64,000 bases of DNA from Microbotryum violaceum (lineage: Eukaryota). The stretch covers positions 1,798,001-1,862,000 of the forward strand of contig CDLV01000005.1 of assembly GCA_001244265.2 (NCBI GenBank), in the 5' to 3' direction. The notes beneath the pieces were generated by a model. It did not search any database. It saw only the letters and a list, made by a program, of their open reading frames with translations, and was not told where the DNA came from. Shown one piece after another: positions 1 to 12,474 of this stretch (position 1 is the first letter of the stretch; every line of letters starts with the position of its first letter). The position numbers and the translations under genes were made by a program.

Positions 1-2679
1 GACGCGTCTAAATCAAGCCCACCATAGAGTCGAAGTGCAGCATCTTGTCGCTCTGGATGGCAACTTCCAACATTCTCGCGACACCTCAGCCAAATACGAT
101 TTTCAGGAGTCGACGCCAGCCCTCTTCATCGGCGAAGGCGAGCTCGAATCGACGAAGGAGATCTGTGATGGTGGCGACAGCAAGAAGTCAGAAAAGGTCC
201 GTTGATCCGAGCCGCCCCCTGCGATCCTTTCAACGCGCTGACGCCCTTCCTCTCGCGTCTTGAAGGCCTGTGCCGATTCGTGGAAAGCGGCCAACGGCGG
301 TGCGACACAAATATCGCGGGGCAAGTCCGATACGGGCCTAGTTGCCTGTGTTTGCCGTCACGACATCGCGTTGAAGATGGTCAATTTGTATCAATCAGGC
401 GAAAAGTTCGTCAGCTCAGCTCCTCTTTCAACCGCTTACAAGGCCTGACGCTCGATTTTGATGAGGCAGGCGCTACTACGGCTTATCGCTGCTGCAACAT
501 ATTTCGAACCAACTCCCTTCCAACGATACACTCGGAGTGCTGTATGATGTTGCGTGTAATTTGGACGGCTACATGCAATCGGTCAGGAAGAGTGGCGGAT
601 CCGTCGTTTCTTAGATTTCTGGCCCTGGGGCGCCGCTGACCTGTACTGTACTTCGATCGCCTGCAGAGAAGTATCCTTCCCGATCTGTTTCCGAGATTGA
701 AGTTTGCCACGAGCGTGTTTCATGCTTTTGCTCATCAATGGCCCTGCCAGCTTGAGTACAACCCGCGCCTGATTCAGCACTTTGGGTTGACGGCTGGGGA
801 GGGATGCGAACGCGTTTGGAGTCAGCTCCGATCGCTCATCCCGATCAATCGTCCTGCGAGCGCTTCTCACCGGCGCGTCAACATCTCGCGTCGCATCGAC
901 CTGGTGTTGACAGCCTCGGTATGCTCTGCCATCCACACTTTCACGCCGTGTTCGTTACTTAATTGTGCGGTCCCTTCATTCATCGTCCATTCCAGGCCGT
1001 TGGTTCCGCAGACGACTGTCGAATGCTCATGATCAGCTTGGAAGGGCACAAACTGATCTGAGTAACGTTTCGGCAATATGGTCCGAGTCTGACCTTCTCG
1101 CGCAATGGGATTTACGACGAGCTGCTCAAGCGGCCACAACGGCGGGTCAACGTCGGGAGAACGAGGACAAGGAGCGATTAGAGCTTTTTAACATTGTACA
1201 GAGGCTACACCACGTGGAAGAAAGGCTGTACGTTCGGCGCGTCAAACCCCATTGGAGGACGAGGGCGTAAAATTGACACTGTGTCTTGGCATTGTGTGTT
1301 CAGATTCGATCCAACGGCTTCCGATGAAGCGAAGGCTCGCTTGCAGCAACAGCTAAGAGCTTACCAACAAGAATACGATCGCACGAAGGAGCTTGCAGCT
1401 TCAGGTGCGGCGCGCGTCCTATCTTTATGAGTATCGCCACCTGATGTTTGATGTCCCATGACATACCTAGATTTCCAGCATTTGTGCAACTGCGTAGTCA
1501 AACTTCGCACATTACACAAAGCGACGGTCCAATTGCAATGCTGTCAAGAACGAATTGACTCAATGGGTCGGGGACGAAGCGGCGCGACAATCGGTCAAGT
1601 CGAAGGCAGCAAGCTTGTCAGCGTCTCACAGACGCACAGCAAGAAAGTAAAAGTGGCAATCGATATGTACAATAAAGCGGTCGGGGATTACCGAAATGCT
1701 GCGACCGAGCAATCGGCCCAGATTCTGGACAACTTACCGCTCGCTACCACAATTAAGTCGCTTGCGACTCTGTCGCCAACGGACGCTTTCTGACAAGACG
1801 GTTTTTTCGTACACGACACTGCGCCTTGGGCGATTGATACCGATGTTCAGAAAGGGATCAAGGCGGTTTTACTCAAAGCCAGGGCGGAAGAAGAGATTCT
1901 CCGGATCGGAGCTGAGGTTCGACAACTACTTGCGTGGCTCGAAGATGAGGATACTCGCTTTGTTAGGGTATCTCAGGCATGGGCAGAGGACCGAGGTGAG
2001 ATGGACACACCCTTTATTTGTGTTGGTGCTGTACCTTACGTCGCCCCTTCTATTAGTTCCCGAAGAAACGCTCGAAGCGGCTAAGAAACTTCTCGGAACT
2101 GACGGCGCGGGCGAGGTTGGCACTGCGGTGTGGCATGTGCTTCAACGCCGGCAGATTTAGTTCAAAGAGCGTCTGGATCGGCTCGCCGAACGCGATGATC
2201 TCTCGGTTGTCTGGTTTAGAACGCGTTCACCCGCAGTTCATGAATCGCGGCCCTCGGCATTTGGTTTGATCGGGGGACTTTTCGCCGGACGGGCGAAACA
2301 GGTGTCGCGCCGTTCGCGCAGTAGTCCACGTCATTTCGGTCGCCGCCATTCGACGCTAAATAATACTCAAATGCAGAGCCCCATCGCTGAGTCGAGCCGC
2401 AGCTTATCAGGTCCCTCTGCCGTGGACGTGCGCCACAACCATCGACCTCGACGCATTCCGAAGGGAACTTGGCCTGACCCCCGATCCAGCCGCGGAGCAT
2501 GCCCAGCGAGACCGCGATGATGTGTATGAAAGACGAGTGGAAGAAGTTTTGGGTTCACGATCGGAGCACGAGGTCGAGGAAGAAGATGATGCTGAGCTCG
2601 GGGAGGGCGACGGAGAGTCGGGCTGACAAGCGTTGAAGACTCGGACGACTTCGAGATTCTCGACGAGCCCATGGGCTAG
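1..2679 (+). pseudogene. Kyakuja-Dileera-Zisupton (KDZ) transposase, multi-exon, 5' part outside window, inactivated
   Basis: Spliced reading gives KDZ motifs: VALDGNFQHSR (~47-79), SDTGLVACVCRHD, GVLYDVACNL, FATSVFHAFAHQWPCQLEYNPR, GLTAGEGCERVWSQL, then F*QDGFF..PWAID..KGIKAVLLKARAEEE. In-frame stops at 1791-1793 (TGA where Trp is expected) and 2158-2160. The 3' end is approximate (acidic tail). Confidence 0.88.
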
Positions 2680-3031
2680 CTAGGGATGGTTTGGCGCATT
2701 TGTTGACTGTAGATTATTTGTTATTGAAGAACTTTGCTTTTTGCATGCGGCCCATATCGCACATGGTGGAATGTGGACGCCAGTGCACAAAAGTAAACTG
2801 GATGTCAGCCTTAATGAGGCGTTGACGCGTTGACGACCACGATCCCACGAGCCGGTTGCCACGGCCACACTCACCGACCTGCAGTACGTGACAAGCTTGA
2901 AGGTTCTGCTAAGTTGAAAACAAAAAATTGGTGCGCATCGGTGCTGACATTTGCAGGTTCAGGTTTGGGAACGTTGCCAGAGGGGGCGGTGAGGATTGGT
3001 GTTGCTGTAGTTGTTCTGTTCCAACAGCACC

Positions 3032-3226
3032 GTACTCCCGGGGGTACACATACACAGAGTCGGCGCGCGACAAGAGTACAAGAGTGTAACCCCGAGGGAC
3101 CCGGCCTGTGCCGCCGACAAAGCTGTGTACTCCCGGGGGTACACAGTCATTCGGCGCGCAGGGTGTGATCACTCCCGGGGGTACACAAGGCGCAAGCGGA
3201 AAGCGCCTTGTGTACCCCGGGGGTGC
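3032..3226. repeat. Cluster of about five copies of a palindrome of consensus GTGTAC(T/C)CCCGGGGGTACAC, plus a 16-bp-stem hairpin
   Basis: Copies at ~3032, 3084, 3124, 3171 and 3208. GGGGTACACAAGGCGC (3178-3193) is the reverse complement of 3203-3218. Further copies occur at ~3781-3840, and a perfect 20-bp copy at 5646-5665. Confidence 0.85.
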
Positions 3227-3297
3227 CAAGCCGGTCACCGGCGGCAGATCACTGTATAATAACATGTCCGATTCTACAACGGCAGGCGGTTAATCCT

Positions 3298-3740
3298 TTC
3301 GGTAACTTCGGACACATCCTGGGCTTTGAGCAGGAGCGTGGAAGTTTGTTGTAATGCAGTTTCGCTCTGCTCGGTAGTTCGAACGGAGATTCAGTTAGGG
3401 AGTGCGTTGGCCTTGCTCGCTTTTCAGAGTGCAAGTCGGATGTAGCAAACGAATCTTTCGTCGGTCTTGTCGCAGGAGGGTATCCCGTTCAGTAACTGCA
3501 GACACATCCTGAGCTTTGAACGGGTGCGTGGAAGATTGTTCTAATGCAGTTTCGCTCTGCTCGGTGGTTCGAACGCAGATTCAGTTAGAGAAGTGCATGG
3601 GCCTTGCGGGCTTTTCAGAGTGCAAGTCGGATGTAGCAAACGAATATTTCGTCGGTTTCGTCGCAGGAGGGTGTTCCATTCAGTAACTGCAGACACATCC
3701 TGGGCTCTGAACGGGTGCGTGGAAGTTTGTTGTAGTGCAG
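3298..3740. repeat. Diverged tandem repeat, ~190-bp unit, ~2.3 copies
   Basis: Unit starts ttc(g/a)gtaact..gacacatcctg at ~3298, ~3488 and ~3679. Shared internal gcagtttcgctctgctcggt and ttttcagagtgcaagtcggatgtagcaaacgaat. Confidence 0.9.
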
Positions 3741-4138
3741 TCAGCAAGGACGTCGGCGACGGACCGCGCCTGAGCCTAGGAACCCCAGGGGTACACAGCT
3801 GGAGAGGGCACCGGTCGTGTGTACCTCCGGCGGGTACACATCGCCACGCCGGTTGTACAGTGCTTGTTAAGAGTGTCCTAGAATTGATGAAGCATGTCGT
3901 CGCATACCTCTTCCTCATTTCCGGAGGCGCGGGACTCTGTTGTAGTGTATCTACGCCCTGCCCTAAGGTTAAAAATTGAACAAGAATTTCCGCCTTCGGA
4001 GTGCGTTGTACCCTCGGGTGAATCATGGTTGCAATGCAGGATCTCCAATGACATAACATACAAGCTAGATGGCTACACACGCTCACGGAAAACTCGAGAC
4101 GGTCATTGCCTAACTGGTGAATTGACACTCATGGTGCC

Positions 4139-5583
4139 TCATGTCCCAGTATCCAGGCCGCGCTCCAGCTCGCTCAGACTGGTCAGCTCGGAGAGGGTGG
4201 AGAGGTTGCTTTCGGCCTCCGAACCGGCTGCCGATCCGTGGTCGGAATGTTGGCCGGTCGCCGAACTGTGTTCCGATATCGCGTCCTCCTCTCGTGCCCC
4301 CGAGGTCGACGCGGCGCCCTCTCCGCCGGAACCCTTCTTGCGCATCCAACAATACGCGTCCCTCTGTTTGCTCGACAGCGCCAACCACATGTGGGCACAC
4401 TCAACAATCCAGGAGTCCCAGATCTTCTTCCTTTCGGGCTCGAGGTCCGCATCGGTGGGCGGCTTGGGAGGTTCGGGAACGTGGACGAGCACCGTCGTTG
4501 CAAATGGTCTGAGCGCTGCTTGCCAGGTGCGATGTTCGCTTTCTAACTGATCCCGGTAATCGTCCGGGACACGTTTCCCGAGAAAAGGGCGGTACGCCTT
4601 TCGGATCCATCTTAAAAGGCGGTCACTCCCCTCCTGGTCCTCGTCGGTCCTTACATCGTCCTCAGGGATGGGGCGTTGGCACTCTTGGTACAGGGGTGAA
4701 AGGATTTCACTGAATAGGCGCGATTCCTCATGTTCGGCGGCAATGTCGACGGGGACGGTGAAGATGCGCGCGAGGATATCGTCGAAGTCTTGGATGCGGG
4801 TCCTATACTCCTTCAAAACTCTCGCGCTCCCTCCACCTCTCTTTCGCTTCTGGTTATCGTATGCATCGAACAACACGTTCCTCCAATGGATGAGCACGGT
4901 CAACAGGCTCCGAGGCAGACGTCCATTCCCTTTGTACCCTGCCCATTCATCCCAAACAGGCCACATGACGTAGTCGATCTCCTCCCGGACCTCATAGTCA
5001 AAATTTTCGACGTCCTCGGGATTGGGTCTTGAGTCATGATGTCTTTGGGTTCCATCACCAGCCGACGCGCCCTTTCCGCCGCCCACTCGTCGCGCCTCGC
5101 ACGGTCCGCTTTCCCCGGCGCCTCCAACATGTCAAGCTTGGCCTGCAACTGCCGGCGGTATCTTTTCTTTAGGTGGCCAAAACCCTAATCAGATCAGATA
5201 AGTACATCAACAAAGGTTTAGCCGAATTCCACATAGTTTGTTTTCTGATCTCCTGGGAAAGCTGTCTAGCACTCACTGCTTGGACCTCACGGTCGGTACC
5301 GATCAGCTCAAACGCCGCCTCGTTACATCTGTACCGACTGTCGACCGTAGACGAATTGAACGCGCGCTTGTGTATACGAATGATTTTTTTTTAGGTTTCG
5401 TTTGGCCTCATGTGCATGTTCCGGTGCTGAAGTTGGTCCGTCGAGTGACCTGTACCCTCCAGGCAGCTTGTAGTGTTTGTTGCAAAGTTCACAACGGACA
5501 CGCCATTGGCCGGACTCGTCACGGATGAGATGCGAGTCGATGTCGAGCCAGGCGCGCTCGCCCTCGGTGGCGCGTGGTGCCAT
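4139..5583 (-). pseudogene. Probable transposon cargo gene: N-terminal Zn-finger-like segment and C-terminal HMG-box-like segment; frameshifted
   Basis: ATG at 5583 gives MAPRATE..WRVRCELCNKHY..EHAH (CxxC..H). The 315-aa ORF 4139-5086 contains ECAHMWLALSSKQRDAY, resembling HMG-box helices 2-3 (W..LS..+K..Y). The pieces lie in different frames. Confidence 0.45.
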
Positions 5584-5906
5584 ATTGGAACTTGGAGTGG
5601 GGGTGAGGGGTGAGATCGGTGAGAGGGAAAGAGCAGTGTCCCAATGTGTACCCCCGGGGGTACACGTCGCGCCTCGCGTCACCTCACGTCACCGAGCGCG
5701 CGCGCTCTCCTCTCACAGCATCACCGACACCGCGCGCGTCACAGCCGATCCGATCCGATGCCCTCAGCGAATCACGACAAGTTACAATCAGCGATTCTCT
5801 CTGCAGGACACAAAGGTCAAGGTCATCGAGTATTTGCACGAGACAAGATATACTGGCCACCTGGCACATTGCCTGTCCCAGGCGGGAAGCAACTTGAATA
5901 CGTAGT

Positions 5907-6018
5907 CGGCACCGAGCGCGTCGGACCTATATGAAAGCTTGCAGTGTATGCAAGCGACTCGGCGGCACCGAGCGCGTCGGACCTATATGAAAGCTTGCAG
6001 TGTATGCAAGCGACTCGG
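5907..6018. repeat. Exact 56-bp tandem duplication
   Basis: cggcaccgagcgcgtcggacctatatgaaagcttgcagtgtatgcaagcgactcgg occurs twice, at 5907 and 5963. Confidence 0.95.
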
Positions 6019-6773
6019 CCAACAACGAGCTTTGCTACTACGAAGTCATTGACGCCTCAGCACCAAGCTGCCACTATATCGATGCCGAGTTTACGCGCCC
6101 TTCCATTGACAATTCAGCAGAAAAGGCATTGATTACGCGTAATGCAGCGTCGTATTTCCCTGGCACATATGGTCAGCTAGCCAGCTCGGACACCTTGCGA
6201 TCTTGCGTCTGCAGGTCAGAACTGCCGAACTACCTTGTTCCCTGCTTCTGTTTTATATCTATTGTTCCAGCGTCAACGAATAATCTCGGCTTTCATTCTC
6301 ACCGCGGGCACACCGTTTGGAGAACCCAACGCGAAGCGTGTTATTACGGACATTCTCGACAGCTTGAAGGTTCTGCTCTCACTTCGCCGGCGTCTCGGGG
6401 GGTCCGAAGGGGTAGTCGGAGAAATTTGGGTGCTTTGCCGTTGTCACCCCCAAGCTCTGGGGCGAGCTTAACTGCAGTTTGACATTAGGTAGGATGCGTG
6501 AGTGCTTTATTTGGACATCCATTATTTGCCTGAATTGAATGTCCGGAGTAAAGTCTGAAACGTTAGGCGTCAGTAAATCTATTTGCTTTGCGATCAAAAT
6601 CGCGTCCAACGGACGAATCAGCTAGTCAAGATGCGTGGAAACTTGTTGAATACCTCTTGCCACACACAGGTCAATATCACCTCAACGACTACAAAAAGTT
6701 TGGCAATCTATCTCAACGCGCGATAGGCGCACCAACAATATACTGAACAACAGAAATGTAGTCGGATTCGGAA

Positions 6774-8492
6774 TCAGGATGTTGCAGCTCCCAAATCAGC
6801 ATCAGAATCGGAATTAGAATTAGAATCAGAACCAAGATCAGAAGCAGAAGCAGAATCAGATCCAGAGACTTGGTCTTCTGGCTCCGTTTCCAACTGTCCG
6901 GTTGTCACAGTACCTTCGGCACGAGTGCGGTCGAAAGAGCCCTGGCCTATCTCCTCTTTGAGTGAGAAAGTAAGGCCACCCTGTCGCATCAGAGGGATGA
7001 TTCTTCTCAAATCCGCACCGGTCGGCTTCTTGCCATTTGTGGGACTGCGGAAATCACGCTCTTGAAGACCATTTCCGAACTCGACAATAAGAGCGATTGG
7101 ATCCTTCGCAAGAGTTGCCTGGTTATAACTCGTAAGCTTGGAAAGCACGTAGGGCTGAGTAGATCTATTTCTCTGGTGGCGACGACGGAGCGCTTGATCT
7201 GCACGGCCACAGATGTTCAGTACTAGCCTGCAAAATGTGGGCGCAGAGCCGTGGAATGGTTGCTCACTATAGTGATCGTCGATTATGATGCTATACCATG
7301 CGCAGAGCACTCGTTGAGACGCCTTATCAAACATCGCCATGATTAGCTGCTCATCAGATTTTGGGATCAGCGCCAATCCATCACCGAGCACAAAATACGT
7401 CCTAAAGCTTGCTTGACAAACCCCGCATCTTATATTGTTCATTTTGCCCCTGATTAAACCGAGTCCCATTAACGCAATCCGTAAAGTTGACTAGAATATC
7501 TTTTTGCTGGTCAGAATCCCAGCCTTGGCGCCGCATGAAAGCTGCGCCGCCAAGCGTAGAAACGATAAAATGATCATTTTTGTTCTCGAGCTTGTTCAAG
7601 CTGACGATGACTAACGCGTCGAAGCCGTAGCCCTCAGCATACTGCTCAACCTAATTCGGTGCCGAGCTACGTAAGTCAGCAGGGGGATTTGGCCTCTGAG
7701 GAGGCGGAAACGGAGAGCCGAGTCTTCACGGACCAGCTCGTTCATCGCATTTTCGTATCTGCGCTGCAGTTTGGAGATGGTAGCAGAATCGATTCGCCAT
7801 CGCTTGAGGGGCTGAGCGGTCTCCTTTCGATCACGCGCTTCACTTGCCCTCGCTTCCTTCCATTGTTCCCAGAGTTCTGGTGAGTTTTTGACTTGTTCCC
7901 AGTAGCGTGATCCAATCGCCTGTAGCGCAGAGAAGTCTTTCGGGACTTTGTAGGGGTCCGAGTGATGGATTTGTCTGTCAGAGTAGCGTCTTGTAATGGA
8001 GAGTAAACGGTTTCGGGATGAGTCAGGAAGGCAGACGCTACACTTACCCTCGAGTCCGTTCTTTTCGAGGAGACAACGGAAGAAGCGGCTGGTCTTGAAG
8101 TCATTCCAGTCGTTTCGGTCGTTGCTTAGAGTCGCAGGGGGCGTGTACGAGTCGAGATCGTCGTCCCGAACTCCATGCCGCAAACAGTATTGCATCTTTT
8201 CGAGGCGACGTTGCAAGTTATAGAGCACGTGGGTCTCCTTTTGCGACGATGACAGGCGCGAAGTCGAAGGCAACGCTCGAACGGCATCGTGGAGGGCTCG
8301 GATCTCATCCTGAACCTCTTCGATTCGATGACTCATTGAGTTGGACGAGTTGGACGTGGTCGGCCTTGAGGCGAGCGTCGTGCTTCGTCCATCTTCCGCG
8401 ATGCTGGAAGCAGAAATGTGGTGCTGTTGTGTCTGAACGGTCGCTGAGGACGACAGTACAGACCTCATTTCGGGGCTGCTGGTCGATTGCAC
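6774..8492 (-). CDS. Multi-exon hypothetical protein with an HMG-like region, probable KDZ-associated cargo; possibly pseudogenised
   Basis: ORFs 7611-8492, 7402-7599 and 6774-7469 look joinable by GT..AG introns. NDWNDF and IGSRYWEQVKNSPELWEQWK resemble a divergent HMG box. Ser/Asp-rich tail; one TAG at 7402-7404 may be premature. Confidence 0.45.
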
Positions 8493-9150
8493 CGAAGCAT
8501 CTTCGGCGGTAACAACGAGGAATGAGGAGTAGGGTCAGCAGACAATAACAAAACAATCAAGACACGAGGACGCGTCTCACGGTCGGGAGCGGCAAACGCT
8601 GACGCGTTGCTGGGAGCAGACAGGAGAGGCAACACATCGTATGGTTGGATGGCTTCGAGTCAAGATATACGACCGAAAGCGGAAGGGAACAGAAAGTAGT
8701 AAGACCAGGACTGTGATCGATAACGGCGCGTCAAGCGGCAACGCTATCGCTCGCTCGCGCTCAGGCTCGCTACGGCCGGTCTACCAGCGTGGTGAGACGG
8801 CACGTGACTTAACCACGTCCATCAATGCTACCTTATCCCCACCGCTAATGAGGTAATGATGTAATGATGTTCTAATCGAGCTTCTTCTCGCTACTAATCT
8901 AAAGAAGAAATTGACGATGAGTTTTCCGAATATGCTTTATACGCAATGGCAGCATTTATAAGGTTGGATTACCCCGATACGAGCTCGCACGTACATGAGA
9001 TGAACGTGTTGAAGGCCACACCAGCCTCCGTGTTGCGCTAGTCCTCGGGCCATCCAGCAACCCGGGTTGCAGTGGGGGCAACATGTATGGCTACGCCGCG
9101 CGGAAGTGAGGGTCGGAGGCGCGCTGCGCGCGCCACTTTTTATTAGCGTG

Positions 9151-9164
9151 CTTATATATATAGC
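9151..9164 (+). promoter_or_regulatory. Candidate TATA box of MFS copy 1
   Basis: cttatatatatagc lies ~160 bp upstream of ATG 9317 in GC-rich context. Confidence 0.45.
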
Positions 9165-9316
9165 CAGAGGTGGCATATGTGTGCCTTAGCGAGGCGCGGT
9201 AAACGTCGGGAGCGAACCTCTTCGCAATCGCAGCTCGCGCGGCCGCTCTACTTCAGCTCGATCGCCGTCACCCGCGACCTTCAAAACTCGCCCTCACGCC
9301 AGACCGTGTCCCCGAA

Positions 9317-11452
9317 ATGGAACTACCGACTCCACCATTGCAGGCCCACATCCCCGCCTCGGCGTTCCCGGCCGCGACGCCCCCCCAAGCCCAGGGTGCG
9401 GCTGCGATGGGAACCCCACCACTAAGCCCGTTCGAATCCCCGAACGTCTCGAGACCGCCTTCGCCGACGACGGCGGCCTCGTCGACGATGCTCTTTGACC
9501 CCTACTCGCGCTCCAGCTCGATGAAACGGTTGCTCGATCACCACGAACGCTCCCTATCGCGGGGGAAAGACCCGGCTTACAAGCTGCAGCCGCAGAAGCA
9601 GCAACGTTCGCGAGCGCCGTCGTCACTCCTGTCCAAGCTCGTCGCGCTCCTGCCTTTATCGGACACGGCAGCCTCGACCGGGCCGCACACGAGGGGTCGG
9701 CGTCGCAGCATTTCCCACGCCGCGGCGGGCGAAGAGATTGAACTGGGAAATCTTCATGTCGTGGGCGCTCCGATGACCTTGCACTCGACCGCGGCCTCCC
9801 TCCGAAGCGTCAAGACGAGTTCGGCGACGCACTCCGCGGCTCGGCAAGGGTGGTTCACGCGCGACCGCGCACAGCTCTACATCGCCTTTGCCATGATTTT
9901 TATGGTCGGCAGCAACGATTCGGCGACGGGAGCCAAGTGAGTCTCGTGCCCCTCCACCGCGATTTGCGCATCTCTCCCCTTGAAGAGGAAGGACGGCAAA
10001 TAAAACTCAATGCTCTTCTCTATTCGCCACGAATCTCTAGTCTTTCGTCGATGCAGGAGCACTATGGCGTATCATACGATGTGATTTCAATCGTCTTCTT
10101 GGCCAACGTTGCAGGGTTAGTCAAATGGGTCACCCCTCCCTTGATCGGATCCATCAGTATCGCGTGGGAGCTGAGTAAAGAGCCGCCCCCTCTCCCTCTC
10201 CATACAGGTACTTCATATCTTGCGTATCGTCATCATTCCTGTCACACAAGCTGGGCGCACGCTACGCCCTCGTGTGTGCCGCCGTTGTATGGTCCATCGG
10301 CTGCGCCATTCTCATCGTCCGGCCCCCGTTCGGTGTCTTTGTCCTCAGTCTGGCAATGCTCGGCTTTGGCGGTGGATTGTACGACGCGCTGCTGACGACG
10401 ATCATTAGTCACGACGAGAACCCGGGTTAGTCCCCGCCCCCTTTTTACTCAGAATCGAATGTATCACTGACGCCCACTCTGCCCCGGCAGTGCTCATGTC
10501 GTGGATGTACTCGTGCTTCGGCTTTGGCGCGGCCGTGAGCCCGATCGTGATCGGCACCTTTGTCGACAAGGGTATCTCGTGGAACCTATACTACTACATT
10601 CCCACGGGTCTCTCTATCGTTTTTGGGCTGTTGGCGCATATCATATTCCAGGGTTACGAGGCGCCGCTGGATGAAGCCGTCGTGCCCGCTGCCGCTGTCG
10701 CGGCTGGGGCCGAAGACAGTGCCCCCCACCCCGGTCCGAGCGTCGGCGAGATTTTTCATGGTCGAGCAACGCTGTCGGCGACGGCGAGGATGAAGCGGGC
10801 CTTGTCACTCAAGGTGGTCTGGGTTGCTTTCTTGTTGATTACGCTGGCGTTCGGCACAGGCGACACGCTCAGCGCTTGGATGACGGTCTACCTCTCGACG
10901 ATCAGAGCCGCGCCCGAAGCGGCTTCGCGCTACATGCTTTCAGGTCTTTGGGGAGGTGAGCTCAGTTCAGCCTTGACAAGTCCCGGTCTGTATTGAAAAT
11001 CTTTCAAGTGATTGAAAACCTTACCCTTTCCCTTTGCAGGCATCGCCATCGGCCGCGTCGTTGTGCCGCTCATCCTCTCGAAACGGCTCGGGGAGCGCAC
11101 GTTCGCGATCGTCTTGCTCATGCTCGCCATGTCGATGTTGGCCATCGCGTGGGGTGTGCGCAACTACAAAATCGACGCAGTCGCCCTCGCCTTTGTCGGC
11201 GTCACAATCGGTCCCGTTACGCCTCACGTTCTATCCGTCGTGGGTGCTCGCGTGCCGCCGTCGCTCAAGGCGTCGGTCATGTCACTCACGATCGGCGCCG
11301 GTCTCGTTGGCAGTGGTGCGGGTCCGTTGCTATTCGGAGTCATTGCCGGTCGCGGCTGGTTAAACAGTCTACCGGCGGTGTTAATCGTAGCGTGCGGGAC
11401 CGCGTGTGGAAGTTGGATGCTCGTGCCCAAGAACACGAGGAGGGAAGATTAG
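9317..11452 (+). CDS. MFS transporter copy 1 (FucP/Bsc6-like), 5 exons
   Basis: IAFAMIFMVGSNDSATGA|NLSSMQEHYGVSYDVISIVFL, GGGLYDALL, LMSWMYSCFGFGAAVSPIVIG, LSGLWG|GIAIGRVVV; many hydrophobic helices; GT..ctgac..AG introns. Confidence 0.92.
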
Positions 11453-12474
11453 ATACGCCGCCGCCGGTTCTCAAGTTTACTTTCAGAGCTTTTTTTTGCA
11501 ATCATAGACAACCTGTATCATTGTATTTCGTCTGTTGCAATACTTGAAAGGCCTTCCACTGTACAGGGAGAGGAGCTTCGCCTCCAACGAACTTGGCCGA
11601 ACTGCACTGCATGCTTCCAGCCGAGACGGCGCAAGCGCGGCTACCTACCCACTTCCTCGTTCACCCGTTCGGTGCCAGCGGCGGCAGACCGTGGCTCGGA
11701 CTTCCGAGCCTGATCGCCCCGTCGACGAGCTGCCGAAGAGGCCATCCCCGAATTGGAAACGCGGGGGATCGAGCTCGACCGCACTGGGAGAAAAAACCCG
11801 CACGCTTTGTTCGCTAGGCAGGATGAGCCCGGATGAGGCGGCGATGCAGCGCTATCATGAGGGGTTCACCAGCGGCGGTGTGACCCTTCGCCGAACCCCT
11901 TAGATTCGATCCAGTGCGATCCGCTCGATCGATCTCCGGAATTCCACTCTATAAACATAAGCGGGGGGAGAAAACTTCCAATACGTTAACCTGGAACAAT
12001 GCTACGGAATTGGTTTGGTCCTGATCCACTCCGCTGGACGGCACCCCAGGGCAAAAAGGTTTGAATCGTGCGAATTGGGAGGGGTTCAGTGTTTCTCCAT
12101 TTTTCACTCTGGACCTTTTAGGTAGCTCAAGGGAATAGATCTACAAAGTCTCAGATGATTTCCGGTGGTGGCAACATGGATAGGTGCATGCGCGCTTTGG
12201 CTACCGAGGGGTCGACTGAGAGGAGGTTGCCTCGCCGCATGAGCGAGGGCGTCCCGCCCGTGACGCCGCCGATCGACCTTGATTTGCTGACACGTCTAGA
12301 ATCGCCCCTCTCCTCTGGACTCCTTTTATTCATCCCAATTGCTCTCTTTCTTTCTCTTCCTCTTCCCACACCCTCGTCTGATCGCAGCTTGAAGATCTCC
12401 CCTCACCTACCCACAGCTGCCTCGCTCGAACTTTCACCTCCAATCGCACCTCTCCGGAACCCGATTCGGTCTCG

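Noticed and set aside
6790-6870. Telomere-like hexamer repeat (tcagaa/ttagaa)
   Set aside because: Encodes the Ser-Asp/Ser-Asn low-complexity tail of the minus-strand gene.
1-8600. TET/JBP dioxygenase expected beside KDZ
   Set aside because: No HxD..H..R double-stranded beta-helix motifs were recognised in any ORF here.
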